From the IMG/VR virus record IMGVR_UViG_3300042905_004067: 64,000 nucleotides of DNA. The stretch is one strand, 5' to 3'. Numbering within the stretch: the stretch's first letter is position 1; every line of letters starts with the position of its first letter. The translations under genes and the position numbers were made by a program. The notes below the pieces were generated by a model, which saw only the letters and a program-made list of their open reading frames with translations, did no database searches and was not told the DNA's origin. This stretch comes from a virus. This document shows positions 28,001 to 37,766 of the stretch, in pieces.

Positions 28001-29336
28001 TAAGACCATTAAATGTGGTTACATAGTTTCCTATGGAACTTGTAAGACCAGAATTTATCCAAAATCCGCTCTCATATTTCAACACTTGATTATTTGATGC
28101 AGATGTTATCACAACATCAGTCAAGTCATCAAGACCGGCAACAGCAACTCCGCCACCACCAATGTTTGATAAATTTCTAAAAATACCAGATGAAATAAAC
28201 TTAGCATCAGCAGAATTATTTAAGGCGGTTGTATTTGCCTTTACTATTAAATAACCACCAAAAACACCTAAAGATGCAGTTGAGTCGTCTTCACTAAAAG
28301 ATTCAAACTGAATATTTGCTTGTGCTGTTTCTATTGAATTGTATATTTCTCTTCCATAATATGCAGCAAGTACTGTTGGTGTTCCGGGCAAGAAAAACAA
28401 TCTTTGTGTTGTGTATTTTCCGGAAGGAGCAGTTGCAAGTGTTCCGCTTCCATCGTCATATTTTGTTGGATCTATAAAAGCACTTGTCGTGCTTATAAAA
28501 TCACCAGACACATCACGATAGTAATGATATATCGTAGAAATAGGAGTTGCATTTGTATCTGTTACGACATTTGCATAATTGGGATCGGTTGTATAATTTC
28601 TTCCAAGTAAAAATGCAGTTCCACTACTTTTATTTACTCGCAAATTTGCACCATTTGCGCTTATTTCGTGACCAGATAATTTTAGTGGACCAAAAGCACG
28701 CATGAACGGATCGACTTGCGTGGCATTTCCATAAGATAATTTTGGAATATCTACTGCTAAATTTATAGTAGTATGATTTGGATGAATAAGGACACCAATC
28801 GGTATTCTTGATTCATATTGTTGATCTGACCATTTTGTTTCTTGTTGAATTATATTTCCAGAAGAGTCAATTGACAACCAAGTTTCGTGATGGGTTGCAA
28901 TGTATTGAGCAGTTAACCCTGTTCTAGATGGCCAAGTTACAAGTGAAACAGTTGGATTTGGATAATTTGATAAGGTGGCACCAAAATTAACAATTATTCC
29001 TGCACCAGCACTTAAATCAAAATAAGCAGTATTTCCTGCATTTACTGCTAAGGTTGCACCATATAGTAATCCAGACTGAAGATGTTCTAAAAATCTTGAA
29101 CCAGAAACACCATGTATGAGATCCGAGTCTAGGTCGCTTCCTTTGCCCTCTATGACATTTACTTGAAATGTTGCTCCGTTAAACCCCTCTGCATAATTTA
29201 TTAAAATTTGATTTCCACCACAAATTCCCGGATGGTTGTCAATTTTATCCCATGCAACTCCATTGTATATCCATCGGTTTATGCCGTAGGAATATGTTTG
29301 TCCTGCTGAGGGGTTGTTTGGAAAATCAATGGGCAT
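25005..29336 (-). CDS. Long repetitive tail-fibre-like protein (1443 aa)
   Basis: N-terminus MPIDFPNNPSAGQTY...W.YNGVAW; many [11 protein letters not shown] and GISAAGATF repeats; Gly/Ser/Thr-rich. Confidence 0.75.
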   Translation of the reverse strand: MPIDFPNNPSAGQTYSYGINRWIYNGVAWDKIDNHPGICGGNQILINYAEGFNGATFQVNVIEGKGSDLDSDLIHGVSGSRFLEHLQSGLLYGATLAVNAGNTAYFDLSAGAGIIVNFGATLSNYPNPTVSLVTWPSRTGLTAQYIATHHETWLSIDSSGNIIQQETKWSDQQYESRIPIGVLIHPNHTTINLAVDIPKLSYGNATQVDPFMRAFGPLKLSGHEISANGANLRVNKSSGTAFLLGRNYTTDPNYANVVTDTNATPISTIYHYYRDVSGDFISTTSAFIDPTKYDDGSGTLATAPSGKYTTQRLFFLPGTPTVLAAYYGREIYNSIETAQANIQFESFSEDDSTASLGVFGGYLIVKANTTALNNSADAKFISSGIFRNLSNIGGGGVAVAGLDDLTDVVITSASNNQVLKYESGFWINSGLTSSIGNYVTTFNGLTGAVTGVTTSVANTFTALQTFNAGLSATGITLDGTLEINKRPITFVGSSVNLLNGVPGLVLQGATTGYASRIVINSNEKDGTTASIDLIPFNGNVYIRKGEYEDGGVQAMGDWKSSLYLEENQLFGGIHYGILTVPGNLSADRTLTFPNDSGTIALTKNVVSSVNGSTGAIQVVSSFNGRTGAVQGVSAAFGGTGISVSGSTGSITISNTGVLSFNGLTGAVTGVTTSVANIFEPLQSFTNGISSAGGTFGNLTRFNAGLSASFVRTPSIQGSGGGDVIFDSGSIKLLQLGFPSNNTTRLTASSTVDQTITLPDDTGTVALTKNVVSSFNGLTGAIIGVNSVRGLTGAVGITNGSGIGLSVSGQTMTFSNTGVLSIDGGTGAITNVARTNVDNIFSASQTISTANAALAIVDSSSLNEVSFQGEFNRLYFYNDISSGEVYLQPTIATASTITVSLPNYTTTLAGLAGTQTFTGTNTFNTLTNFPGGISAAGATFSSLARFNAGISAAGATFSGNISAPNIVNSVRGLTGAVGITNGSGIGLSVSGQTMTFSNTGVLSFNGLTGAVTGVTTGSSNTFGPVQSFTNGISAAGSTFASVATNYLRSSDLLPAYPLYINDIGGSQSFIGDYSNNNLSTYFVVNDDNGDIVLSAPAAGIQFYSAPTSSLLIDSQANFANLPIVGTTASFSGLLTSSGGLSASGATFSSLARFNAGISAAGGITFNSNVTINSANTLIASTIQSAGGKNQLDIANTSNSRVAIGDYDAAANSTYLFLRDATSILDISNPYGLINIGDPFGIDTGAYISYEAAAGELNGNGSSIANFGFASFTNTVSVGGLLTASAGISAAGATLSSLTTIPSGATLSVRGNITGNVVNSINGITGAVNLAAGSNITITPSGLTLTIAAGAGFSRSINVITTSTTAGATSNVDYVYIGNTSGNINLTLPTAVSNANRYTVKNSNIGILTVLTTSSQTIDGVTGYSLSKQFQAIDLLSDNSNWVVV
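25856..26533. repeat. 57-bp identical direct repeat (25856-25912 and 26477-26533) inside the fibre gene
   Basis: CACCAGCCGCAGAGATTCCTGCATTGAATCTTGCAAGTGAACTGAATGTTGCACCAG occurs twice. Confidence 0.85.
26331..26984. repeat. ~108-bp near-identical direct repeat (26331-26438 and 26877-26984)
   Basis: Both copies encode NSVRGLTGAVGITNGSGIGLSVSGQTMTFSNTGVLS, with few synonymous differences. Confidence 0.85.
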
Positions 29337-29342
29337 AAATTA

Positions 29343-32222
29343 TTACCAGAATTTGAGTGTTCTCCACATTTCAAATCCAGAGTGGCGCATGATGTAGATG
29401 TACGACAGGTCATCCGCAGTCTTTACTATTTCAAACTTGTTGCTCAAGGTTGCGGTTCCGTGTGCGTATGGGATGGAGCCTGCAATGTCAACCTTGAACT
29501 TCGCCACGTCAAGCACATAGATGCGGTTGGTGTTATCCTTTGTGAAGTAATACGAGTCCGCACCATCGTAAACATACATGGAACCCGTTGTCAGAGTTGT
29601 TGCGATGGGTGTGATAAATGGCGTTATTTCCCAAGTTGATGTTGGTATATCAAATATATCAAAAATATTTGAAGCACCACCGCGAGGTGAAATCAACCAC
29701 CGTCCCTTCTTTGCAGCATCAGACAGTCCAAACAACCACTTGATGTCCGTTCCTGTGCTTCTTGCAGGGATTTCGTAAACGCAGTATATGGTGTCTGTGG
29801 CGTTTGTTCCTATGGTTGATGGGATGGTTATGGCGGTGGCAGTGTTTGATGTGATTGAACCCTCGCCACCAACTGCCGTTCCACCAACATAACGAACTCT
29901 CTTGCCCGCCAAATAGTTTACAGGGAAGTTTTTGTTTGCATCTGTGAGCGTTGTTGTACCAGCACCAGTGGTGATGATTCCATATGAGTCCATGATTTCG
30001 TATTTGGAAGTGGAATCCGGTGTTGCAACTCCCCACGACGCAACCGTGAGCGTGGTTGCACTGTTGGCTGTGATAACAGCATCATTGCCTTCACCAGTTC
30101 CTGCCACCACACGAACACGGCAGTTCAAGTATTGGTTGTTTCTCCAGTTCTTGGTACTGTCAACCAAAGTAGTTGCAGTTCCTGAAGTTGCCCATCCGTT
30201 GGGTGAACGCTCCGCAACCTTGTCCACGCACATCGCACCAAATGGTCGCATTTCTTGAATAATATACCGTGACTGTCCGTTGGTCATGGCATTGATTGCA
30301 CTTGCAAGCGTTAGAGTGGTGGCAGTGTTCGCGGTAATTCTCCTTGATCCAAGGCTTGTTGGCGTTGCACCCGCTGTTTGCACATGAACCACACGACCAA
30401 CATGCTCGTTTGTGGTCCAGTTTTGTGATGCGTCTACAATTAGAGATGTGGTTAGCGAACTTGCAGCGGTCGGGCTGGCTGCGGCAGAAGCGTTTGCAGC
30501 AATGCTGAATGTGGTCAGAGATGCTGTGCCTATGATTTGGAAAGTGGCATTAAATGTGGTTTCGGTGGCACATCCTGCAATGGTTGCATACTCGCCATGA
30601 CGGAAATCGTGGTTTACTGCGGTTACCACATTTCCGACCTTTCCAACTGTCAGGGTTATGGTAAGACCAGAACCGCTGCCGCCTGTGGTGTTGGACGATC
30701 CGTTAGAGTAGCCGCTGCCTGATGCTGCAAGTTGAAGCCCTGTTACTGCACCTGTTGAACTAACAGAAGTAACATATGCTTGACCCCCCGAACCTGTGGT
30801 GGAACAGGTCACCAAATCACCAACCACATAGTTTGTGCCACCAGCATTTACTGCAACAGTCAAAATTCCGCTTGCAGAATAGGTAATGCTTGTGATTGCG
30901 TACCCTTCATGGGGAGGACCATACGAACCCGTGTTTCCCGCAGCGGGAGTGGCGGATATCTGACGAGCAACGCCCGAATCAACTACAGGTGCGGTTGCCC
31001 ACAAATCTTTTTCTACGGAATACTGAAGCAGGGCAGCAGAACCGTTGCCTGCCACCCACGTCTTGTCCGTATCTCCGTATATGGCGTAACCTGATGTGTT
31101 GTCTGGGGTGATGTCCCACTTATGTTCAATATAGAATGTGTCTGCCGTGTGTGCAGCAATGCGTCTGCGTTGACCTGTGCCTGTGCCCGATACTATTCGT
31201 ATCTGGTGGTTGGCGTATCGGTCGTATTCGTAGGTTGCTCCACTATGCACCAATGTTTTTGCAGTAGCCGAAGAAGCGGTAACACCGCTAACAAACACAC
31301 CACCCGCTTCGCCTGTACGATCAATGGCAAAATCTGTGCCGAGTGCAGCGGTAATGTGAGCAGGACCAATCGGAGTCTTGGTGAACCATGTGTCCAACAG
31401 AATATCGTAGAACTGCCAAGACGCAAAAGGCGTTGCGGATGCTGCTGAAAGCAGCCATATTCCACCTGTCATAATCTGGTAGACGGAACTTGCATCGGGT
31501 GTGACATCCCAAGAGGTGTTTACAGTAAGTTCGGTAGATTCAATCACAAAATGGGTCTGTGAACCAGAAGATGTAGAAGGAACCGCAAACGGAGCCACCG
31601 CAGAGAAGCCTGTGTTGTTGAAATGGTCAACCGCTTGATGGTTGGTGTCTGAAAGATATAGTGTAGTTGTGTCGTTGTATAGAATTCTGCGTATCTGTGA
31701 CTGACCATTGTTGTAGATAAGTCGCACATTGTATCCGTCCCACTGGTTTACTCTCCACTTTTTCGTTGAGTCACCAATACTTGTTGCACCTCCTGTGGTT
31801 GCCAAGCCGTTATCGTGGATGACTCCATCTGATACAGCCGTGATGGTTCGCTCTTGTCCTGCTCCTGTGCCTGCAATTATACGAATTTTGCTGCCAATAC
31901 AAATGTTACCAAGCCTACCAAGACCACCAACTGTAATGGTGGTGGAGGTTGCACTAATGGTGTGTCCTCTACTGCCCGAATACGCTGCGTATTTTGCTGC
32001 GACAGCCGTGACGGGCGCGATGTTTGGGGGAGCACACTCCTGCCACGAATCGCTGTAGGTATCGTAACGCCACATGGCTTGGGCGTTGATGTAGTACATG
32101 TATCGTGCTTTTTCGTCCGAAGACACCAAAGCAGAAGTGCTGACTGTTGCGACTGGCGCAAAACGCATCCACTCAAATACTGGAAGATCAACTTGTGGTT
32201 TTAATAAATTTTGAAGTGCCAT
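29343..32222 (-). CDS. Large repeat-containing tail/receptor-binding-like protein (959 aa)
   Basis: About 6 copies of a T(L/I).D..KNW..NQ....VR...GTG.GQ.R.I..NT.TTL motif; propeller-like N/C-terminal segments; visibly higher GC than the flanks. Confidence 0.65.
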   Translation of the reverse strand: MALQNLLKPQVDLPVFEWMRFAPVATVSTSALVSSDEKARYMYYINAQAMWRYDTYSDSWQECAPPNIAPVTAVAAKYAAYSGSRGHTISATSTTITVGGLGRLGNICIGSKIRIIAGTGAGQERTITAVSDGVIHDNGLATTGGATSIGDSTKKWRVNQWDGYNVRLIYNNGQSQIRRILYNDTTTLYLSDTNHQAVDHFNNTGFSAVAPFAVPSTSSGSQTHFVIESTELTVNTSWDVTPDASSVYQIMTGGIWLLSAASATPFASWQFYDILLDTWFTKTPIGPAHITAALGTDFAIDRTGEAGGVFVSGVTASSATAKTLVHSGATYEYDRYANHQIRIVSGTGTGQRRRIAAHTADTFYIEHKWDITPDNTSGYAIYGDTDKTWVAGNGSAALLQYSVEKDLWATAPVVDSGVARQISATPAAGNTGSYGPPHEGYAITSITYSASGILTVAVNAGGTNYVVGDLVTCSTTGSGGQAYVTSVSSTGAVTGLQLAASGSGYSNGSSNTTGGSGSGLTITLTVGKVGNVVTAVNHDFRHGEYATIAGCATETTFNATFQIIGTASLTTFSIAANASAAASPTAASSLTTSLIVDASQNWTTNEHVGRVVHVQTAGATPTSLGSRRITANTATTLTLASAINAMTNGQSRYIIQEMRPFGAMCVDKVAERSPNGWATSGTATTLVDSTKNWRNNQYLNCRVRVVAGTGEGNDAVITANSATTLTVASWGVATPDSTSKYEIMDSYGIITTGAGTTTLTDANKNFPVNYLAGKRVRYVGGTAVGGEGSITSNTATAITIPSTIGTNATDTIYCVYEIPARSTGTDIKWLFGLSDAAKKGRWLISPRGGASNIFDIFDIPTSTWEITPFITPIATTLTTGSMYVYDGADSYYFTKDNTNRIYVLDVAKFKVDIAGSIPYAHGTATLSNKFEIVKTADDLSYIYIMRHSGFEMWRTLKFW

Positions 32223-32236
32223 ATATTAATTTCCTA

Positions 32237-32884
32237 TTATGTAAATATCAAATTTCTACGAATTGCGGTTCCATATGAAGTTCGTGCTTCTTCAATAATG
32301 CGCCAACGCTCGTCTACAAGACCACTTACTACATGAAGAAGTGTGGTATTCGATTTTGTTGCGTATGGGCTTACTTGGTTCGACTGCACATACTGAAGGT
32401 CACTGGCTCCAATAGAAAGAGTCGTTGCGCCAGAGACAGAGGCAGTAACAGTTCCAGATACAGGAATGGTTGTGGTTACTTCGGTGGGGCTCTGACCAGC
32501 CGTGCTGTTGCCTATTGCGTCAATGGTGATTCTCTGGCGCAAACGATTGTCAACAACTGCATTGCTCTCAAGGAGTTTGTTCATTCTACGAAGAAGAGTT
32601 TGCAGACTTTCTTCATATGATTCGACATCCACATAAATTTGCAAAACATCAGAGGCATTCATGGATGTTGTATTATAATCCAAAGTCAGAACATTGTTAT
32701 TAAAACTTACAGCACCCGTCGTTGGATCTGCAAAATTGTAAATTATTGTATTTGCTGTAGTATTGGTTATTAACAAAATATTGGCTAAAGTCAAAGATTG
32801 AGCCAAATTTGAAAAGGTCACCGTTTTTGCAGTGGGGTCGAAGGTATAAGAACCTACTGTATCTGTACCTAAAAGTTTTTTCAT
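32237..32884 (-). CDS. Hypothetical virion (tail-associated) protein
   Basis: YTFDPTAKTVTF...LLITNTT...IIYNFADP pattern; preceded by the ATAAATA late motif at 32895-32901. Confidence 0.6.
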   Translation of the reverse strand: MKKLLGTDTVGSYTFDPTAKTVTFSNLAQSLTLANILLITNTTANTIIYNFADPTTGAVSFNNNVLTLDYNTTSMNASDVLQIYVDVESYEESLQTLLRRMNKLLESNAVVDNRLRQRITIDAIGNSTAGQSPTEVTTTIPVSGTVTASVSGATTLSIGASDLQYVQSNQVSPYATKSNTTLLHVVSGLVDERWRIIEEARTSYGTAIRRNLIFT

Positions 32885-32903
32885 ATATCTATCCTATTTA
32901 TCC

Positions 32904-35234
32904 TCATAATGCAACTGACATTGCTATAATAAAGGGTTTTAAATCTACGGCACCTGTCATGCCATTTACTGAATTTACGATATTTGGCGCACTTATATTT
33001 CCTGTAAATGATGCACCACTATTCCCAACAAGAGCCCCATTTATATGTACTGGTGTTCCTATCAGTCGCAGAGGACCGATATCCGGTGCTTGGAGGGTTG
33101 CTCCTGTATATGAATTATTATCTATTACAAGTTTTCCATAACCAATCACATCATCTATATCACCTAAACCTACAATACCACTTTCTGAATATATTGTAAA
33201 ATTACCACTACTGCTTGTTATTGTACCTGTATCTGTTATTTCTACATAATTTCCACCAACAGCCGTTGTTGAAACCCTGAAAACAGGTGCGGTAAGTTGT
33301 CCAGTGCTTGGAATTATTGAAACTCTTGGAGAAGTTGTGTCTGCTCGAACTACAGTACTTGAAGTTGATGAACAAAGCAATGGAAATAATTCAGTGGTAG
33401 CAGCAGAAGAATTTATAATTACTCCGCTGGCATTTCCGCTCAATCCCCCAATAAAAGTAGTTCCTGTCACGGTTCCAGTAAATACCGCACTTGTGCCATT
33501 TATTGGACCACTAAATGATGATCCGGATGCGCTTATTCCACTTGAAAAGTTTTGAAGAACTATAAATGTATTTGTTGTTCCGGTTGTAACACCAGTAACA
33601 GCACCAGTCAAACCATTGAAACTTATTACATAATCAGTTGGTGTCGCACCAGTGGCACCAGTATTTCCTTGTGGTCCCTGTGCTCCAGTAGCGCCGGTTG
33701 CACCAGTTATTCCCGGTATTAGAGAAGCAATTGTTGAAGTAAACGTACTATACTCTACTCTTTTTGTAGTATTATCATCTCCGTCTGCTACAAGAATGCT
33801 GGTACTTGATTTAAAATTTACCGTAGATGCTTGGTTGTTGAAATAGTTCAACATATTATCCATAGTAACCAAATACATTTCATTGGCTTTGGGGTTTGCA
33901 ATCAAACTTCTATCTTGCAAAAGTACCACATCACTTTTATCAATATCAGCTGAAGTTCTTATCGGAAATGTTGCGCCACCTCTTGAATAATCAATTCCAA
34001 AAGAATGCGTATTTCCCGCTATTGTGTAAGTTATTCCACGTTGTGCTCTTAAATTAACTATACCAGTAGAACCACTTATTGAAATAACATATGGCCCAGA
34101 AATTCCACCAACTACCCCGCCTCCAGTTCCTCCAGAAATATTAACTTCTACATTTTTTCCTTTACGAGTTACAGTAACACCAGAACCCGTAAAATTAATA
34201 TCATTTACAGATTTAATAATCTGTGCTTTGTTGAACTGTATTCCAACAGCACCACCACCAAGAGATGTTAAATCAAAAGTTCCTTTATTTGAAGAAAGTG
34301 AACTTATTAATTTTTCTATTTTAGTAGAATCAAATGATAAATGTTTTTTCTTTAAATCATATACTAAAGGATATGAGACACTTACTACTCCAGAATCACC
34401 AGAATCTCCTTTATCTCCTTTGTCACCCTTTACTCCTTTGAGTCCGGGTTTTCCATTTTTTCCTGCTGGTCCTTGTTCTCCTTTTTCGCCTCTATCTCCT
34501 TTATCGCCCTTCTCTCCTTGCTTTCCGGTCGCGCCAGTGGGGCCAGGTTTTCCTTCAGGTCCTGGTTCACCACGATCACCTTTGAGTCCTGTTGACCCAG
34601 GCTTTCCATCTTTACCATTTACACCGGGTAATCCCTGTTCACCACGATCACCCTTATCTCCCTTGTCTCCCCGTTCTCCTTTGTCTCCTTTATCTCCCTT
34701 AAGACCTTGAATGCCTTGTTCACCCTTTTCTCCTCCGGGTATTCCTGGCTCTCCTCTGTCTCCTTTATCTCCCTTGTCTCCTTTATCTCCCTTGTCTCCT
34801 TTATCTCCCTTGTCTCCCTTATCACCAACAGGACCCATTGGACCACGAGAACCAACTTCACCTCGTTGACCGGGGATTCCTTGTTCTACTATTTTTTGTT
34901 GTACTGTTTTATTTACAACAATTATTTTTGGTTCTTCTTTTTCTTTTATAGGCTCAACATATTGATTAAATAATTCCTGAATTAATTTTGTAGAACCTTT
35001 TAAAGTTATAATTCCATTTTCTGTTTTTAAATTAACAGAGGAAAGACCAAACCCAATTTTATATTCTGTTCCCGCTTCTTCTGAAATTTCAACAATAGAA
35101 CCAGCAGTTAAATTAAATTGATTATTTACTAAAACAAATTTATCACCGGGATTTGGTTTTCCAGTAATAATTTTAGAAGAACCTTTTGGTTCTTCTGGTA
35201 ATTCATTTTTAGAATAATCAAAAAAACTTTTCAT
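32904..35234 (-). CDS. Collagen-like triple-helix fibre protein
   Basis: Long Gly-X-Y run (GIPGQRGEV...GDSGDSG), a second short G-X-Y run, and SFNGLTGAV repeats shared with the 1443-aa fibre. Confidence 0.85.
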   Translation of the reverse strand: MKSFFDYSKNELPEEPKGSSKIITGKPNPGDKFVLVNNQFNLTAGSIVEISEEAGTEYKIGFGLSSVNLKTENGIITLKGSTKLIQELFNQYVEPIKEKEEPKIIVVNKTVQQKIVEQGIPGQRGEVGSRGPMGPVGDKGDKGDKGDKGDKGDKGDKGDRGEPGIPGGEKGEQGIQGLKGDKGDKGERGDKGDKGDRGEQGLPGVNGKDGKPGSTGLKGDRGEPGPEGKPGPTGATGKQGEKGDKGDRGEKGEQGPAGKNGKPGLKGVKGDKGDKGDSGDSGVVSVSYPLVYDLKKKHLSFDSTKIEKLISSLSSNKGTFDLTSLGGGAVGIQFNKAQIIKSVNDINFTGSGVTVTRKGKNVEVNISGGTGGGVVGGISGPYVISISGSTGIVNLRAQRGITYTIAGNTHSFGIDYSRGGATFPIRTSADIDKSDVVLLQDRSLIANPKANEMYLVTMDNMLNYFNNQASTVNFKSSTSILVADGDDNTTKRVEYSTFTSTIASLIPGITGATGATGAQGPQGNTGATGATPTDYVISFNGLTGAVTGVTTGTTNTFIVLQNFSSGISASGSSFSGPINGTSAVFTGTVTGTTFIGGLSGNASGVIINSSAATTELFPLLCSSTSSTVVRADTTSPRVSIIPSTGQLTAPVFRVSTTAVGGNYVEITDTGTITSSSGNFTIYSESGIVGLGDIDDVIGYGKLVIDNNSYTGATLQAPDIGPLRLIGTPVHINGALVGNSGASFTGNISAPNIVNSVNGMTGAVDLKPFIIAMSVAL
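34389..34880 (-). repeat. Collagen Gly-X-Y coding repeat, including tandem (GDK)n units
   Basis: Tandem 9/18-bp units such as tctcctttatctcccttg around 34670-34820. Confidence 0.85.
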
Positions 35235-35356
35235 TAAGAATGATAAATTTTCTTCTTAGATTTTTTCTGAACAGTCAATGACATTATTTTTTTGCCATTA
35301 ACATAAACTAATTTATTTGTTAAAGTCTTAAACTTCTCAGTTATTTCTAGTTTCAT
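35234..35356 (-). CDS. 40-aa basic protein missed by the ORF track ([40 protein letters not shown])
   Basis: ATGA overlap with the upstream stop and TAATG overlap with the downstream start; fills the gap exactly. Confidence 0.65.
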   Translation of the reverse strand: MKLEITEKFKTLTNKLVYVNGKKIMSLTVQKKSKKKIYHS

Positions 35357-35757
35357 CTGGTAACTCTTGGAGAAGAATCAAATCTTCCTTCAATCAAACG
35401 AACTACACTTCCACCAGTTATGCTAGAAAGTTGAAGATCATAAACAAATTTACCAATAGGCATATTTGCCATTCCAGATCCTTTTACTTCCAACAAAACA
35501 CCACCAGTATAACCAGTAGCACCAGCCAATGAACAGTTCAAAGTTATTCCACCATAACTTCCTGTAAGTCCTACCGTTGCACCAAATGGTGAAGAGGTAA
35601 ACACTGCAAGAACACCATCCATTTCATATGAACGACGAACTTGCATTTTTGCGGTTTGGTTTGAAAGATCTACAGCGGTTCCGTTTTCTTCCAAATAACG
35701 AATATGGAGATTAAAGTCTGAACCCTGTTCGGCTGATATATCGTAATTGGCAGACAT
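35353..35757 (-). CDS. Ig-like (BppU-N-like) virion adaptor protein
   Basis: YDISAEQGSDF...VDLSNQTAKMQVR...YDLQL...RLIEG pattern; AGGAG SD and an ATAAATA late motif at 35778-35784. Confidence 0.6.
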   Translation of the reverse strand: MSANYDISAEQGSDFNLHIRYLEENGTAVDLSNQTAKMQVRRSYEMDGVLAVFTSSPFGATVGLTGSYGGITLNCSLAGATGYTGGVLLEVKGSGMANMPIGKFVYDLQLSSITGGSVVRLIEGRFDSSPRVTR

Positions 35758-35785
35758 AGATTAGCTCCTAACTAATCTATTTATC

Positions 35786-36991
35786 TCATCTACTAACTCG
35801 TTCTTTTTTCTTTTTTGGGGTTACTTTTTTTTGTTCGTTTTTTTCTATTCGTTTTTCTACTTGTTTTTCAACAATCTGGGAACGCAATTGAATTATTATT
35901 TTTTCATATTCCGCCAAATTGGTTTTAACTCTTTCCAACTCTGCATCAGGAATAAGTTTTCTGTCGATAAGTGCTTTACACGCATTATAACCAACCTCAA
36001 CCTTACCCGCATAGTAGGCTGTGCTGCCAATTTCATCTAAAATACCATAACGATACACATCATTATCAATGAATAAAATGTCATCTTTTGGATATGGTAT
36101 CTCTGCTGCCATTTTTGCAAAAGTGTATCCAAGGGCAGGCTTTCCTTGAATTCTGTATACTCTTGCAATTTGATATAATGGTTCTGCTCTTGATGGTCTT
36201 GCGTTATATGCATCCAAGAATGCTTGTTGTATTTCAACCCAAGGTTTATTCTGCATAGCCCTGCATATTCCTATTCTATAAATTGAATAGTATATTTCTT
36301 CAGGCCAACCACCCATTTCAATTCTCTTGACATATGCTGCTTCTGCCTTTTCCCATTGTTGAGAATCGAAGTAACTTTGTGCCAAATAAAATTGATAACG
36401 AACGTTTTGTGGTTCATCAATCAATGCTTTTTCTAAAAGTTCAGCATCTTTTTTGTACTTTTCTACTGGTTCAATATCTTTATTTCTAGCACCTAAAGTT
36501 CGTGCAACAACTCTATAGTTTCCTTCAAGACGTTGAATATTTGGAATTCTCCCATCTTCAACAGTTGGATATTCGTGTAGAACTCCAACATATCTCCAGT
36601 TATCATTTGCTTTAAATATTTGAGTTCTCCACCAAGAGAAATCCATTCTACCCATTAAAACTGCATAACCATCAGCATCCTTAATTTGATCTCTTGGTAG
36701 TTTTCCCTCAACAAAGTCATCAGCGTCAATCATGAAAATATAATCTGTTTTTCCGTTGCAGAGTTCAAGTGCTTCGGTTCTGTTGTGTCCGAAAGAAACC
36801 CACGGGCGTTCATGTAGTTCGCCTGGTATTCCTTTTTCTGCAAAATAGGTTTTAATTAATTCTTGAGTTCCATCTGTTGAACCAGTGTCAACAATCACCC
36901 AATAATCAATTTGATCATAAATGGTATCAAAGCACTCTTTGATAATATGCGATTCATTCTTTACGATCATCGACAGACATAATTTATTCAT
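35786..36991 (-). CDS. GT2 glycosyltransferase with C-terminal TPR repeats
   Basis: LSMIVKNE, VDTGSTDGT, F..NR..AL, MIDADD, GVLHE; TPR RYQFYLAQSY. Confidence 0.88.
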   Translation of the reverse strand: MNKLCLSMIVKNESHIIKECFDTIYDQIDYWVIVDTGSTDGTQELIKTYFAEKGIPGELHERPWVSFGHNRTEALELCNGKTDYIFMIDADDFVEGKLPRDQIKDADGYAVLMGRMDFSWWRTQIFKANDNWRYVGVLHEYPTVEDGRIPNIQRLEGNYRVVARTLGARNKDIEPVEKYKKDAELLEKALIDEPQNVRYQFYLAQSYFDSQQWEKAEAAYVKRIEMGGWPEEIYYSIYRIGICRAMQNKPWVEIQQAFLDAYNARPSRAEPLYQIARVYRIQGKPALGYTFAKMAAEIPYPKDDILFIDNDVYRYGILDEIGSTAYYAGKVEVGYNACKALIDRKLIPDAELERVKTNLAEYEKIIIQLRSQIVEKQVEKRIEKNEQKKVTPKKKKERVSR

Positions 36992-37766
36992 GATAAGCCT
37001 TTAATAATTTTAAATAAGTTTCCTTGATACCATCGAATATTCCAACTGGTTTAATTGGCAGTTCTGAATCTCCGCAGTAAAAACTCAAATTGTTTTTATT
37101 TTCAATTAATACTGGAACTTCATAATCACCAAGATTATTTATAATGTTTACAATATGTTTTAAAGAATATTTTTCTGTGTAGGAACAGTTTATTTCTTTT
37201 TCTAAATTATCTTTTTTAATATAGTATTCTACTAAAGAAATTAAATCAGGCATATAGAAGAAATCCATAATTTTATTAGAATGAATTATCATTGGTTCTC
37301 GTCTAATATATCGAATTATATTCGATTTTATGAATCGAGTTTCCAATTCATTGTAATCAAATACTCCAAATATTCTTAAATTATAAAAATTAGGCAAATC
37401 TAAAATTTGTTTTGCTATTTCTCTTTTGCTGCTTGCATATGGTGTATCACCATGAAATATTTCAGCACCAGAACCAAAAGAAATTAATTTAGAGAAACAG
37501 TTTTTGTTTGCTAATAAATTAGTAAACATTGACATGTTATTGTTAAATACAATTTCATTATCATGTCTGAGTCTGCTACCACCACTTATGGCTGTATGAA
37601 TAACAGAATCAAACCTTTTTCCTTCAAACCAAGAACAAGTTTTAGAATAATCCGTTAAATCAAAGTCATTTCTAGTAATAGAAGTAACCCGATATTGAGT
37701 AGATAAAGAAGAATGTAAACTTTTGGCAATATAACCATTACCACCAGTTATTAACACAGATTTCAT
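36984..37766 (-). CDS. NAD-dependent epimerase/dehydratase (extended SDR)
   Basis: ITGGNGYIA, GSGAE, YASSK (YxxxK). Confidence 0.85.
   Translation of the reverse strand: MKSVLITGGNGYIAKSLHSSLSTQYRVTSITRNDFDLTDYSKTCSWFEGKRFDSVIHTAISGGSRLRHDNEIVFNNNMSMFTNLLANKNCFSKLISFGSGAEIFHGDTPYASSKREIAKQILDLPNFYNLRIFGVFDYNELETRFIKSNIIRYIRREPMIIHSNKIMDFFYMPDLISLVEYYIKKDNLEKEINCSYTEKYSLKHIVNIINNLGDYEVPVLIENKNNLSFYCGDSELPIKPVGIFDGIKETYLKLLKAYHE

Noticed and set aside
29382-32258. Numerous overlapping ORFs on both strands
   Set aside because: Shadow ORFs of a GC-richer, repetitive gene; no motifs or SD.
34228-34973. Pro/Ser-rich and IKETRE-repeat ORFs, or a CRISPR-like array
   Set aside because: These are alternative frames of the collagen Gly-X-Y repeat; the units are contiguous with no unique spacers.
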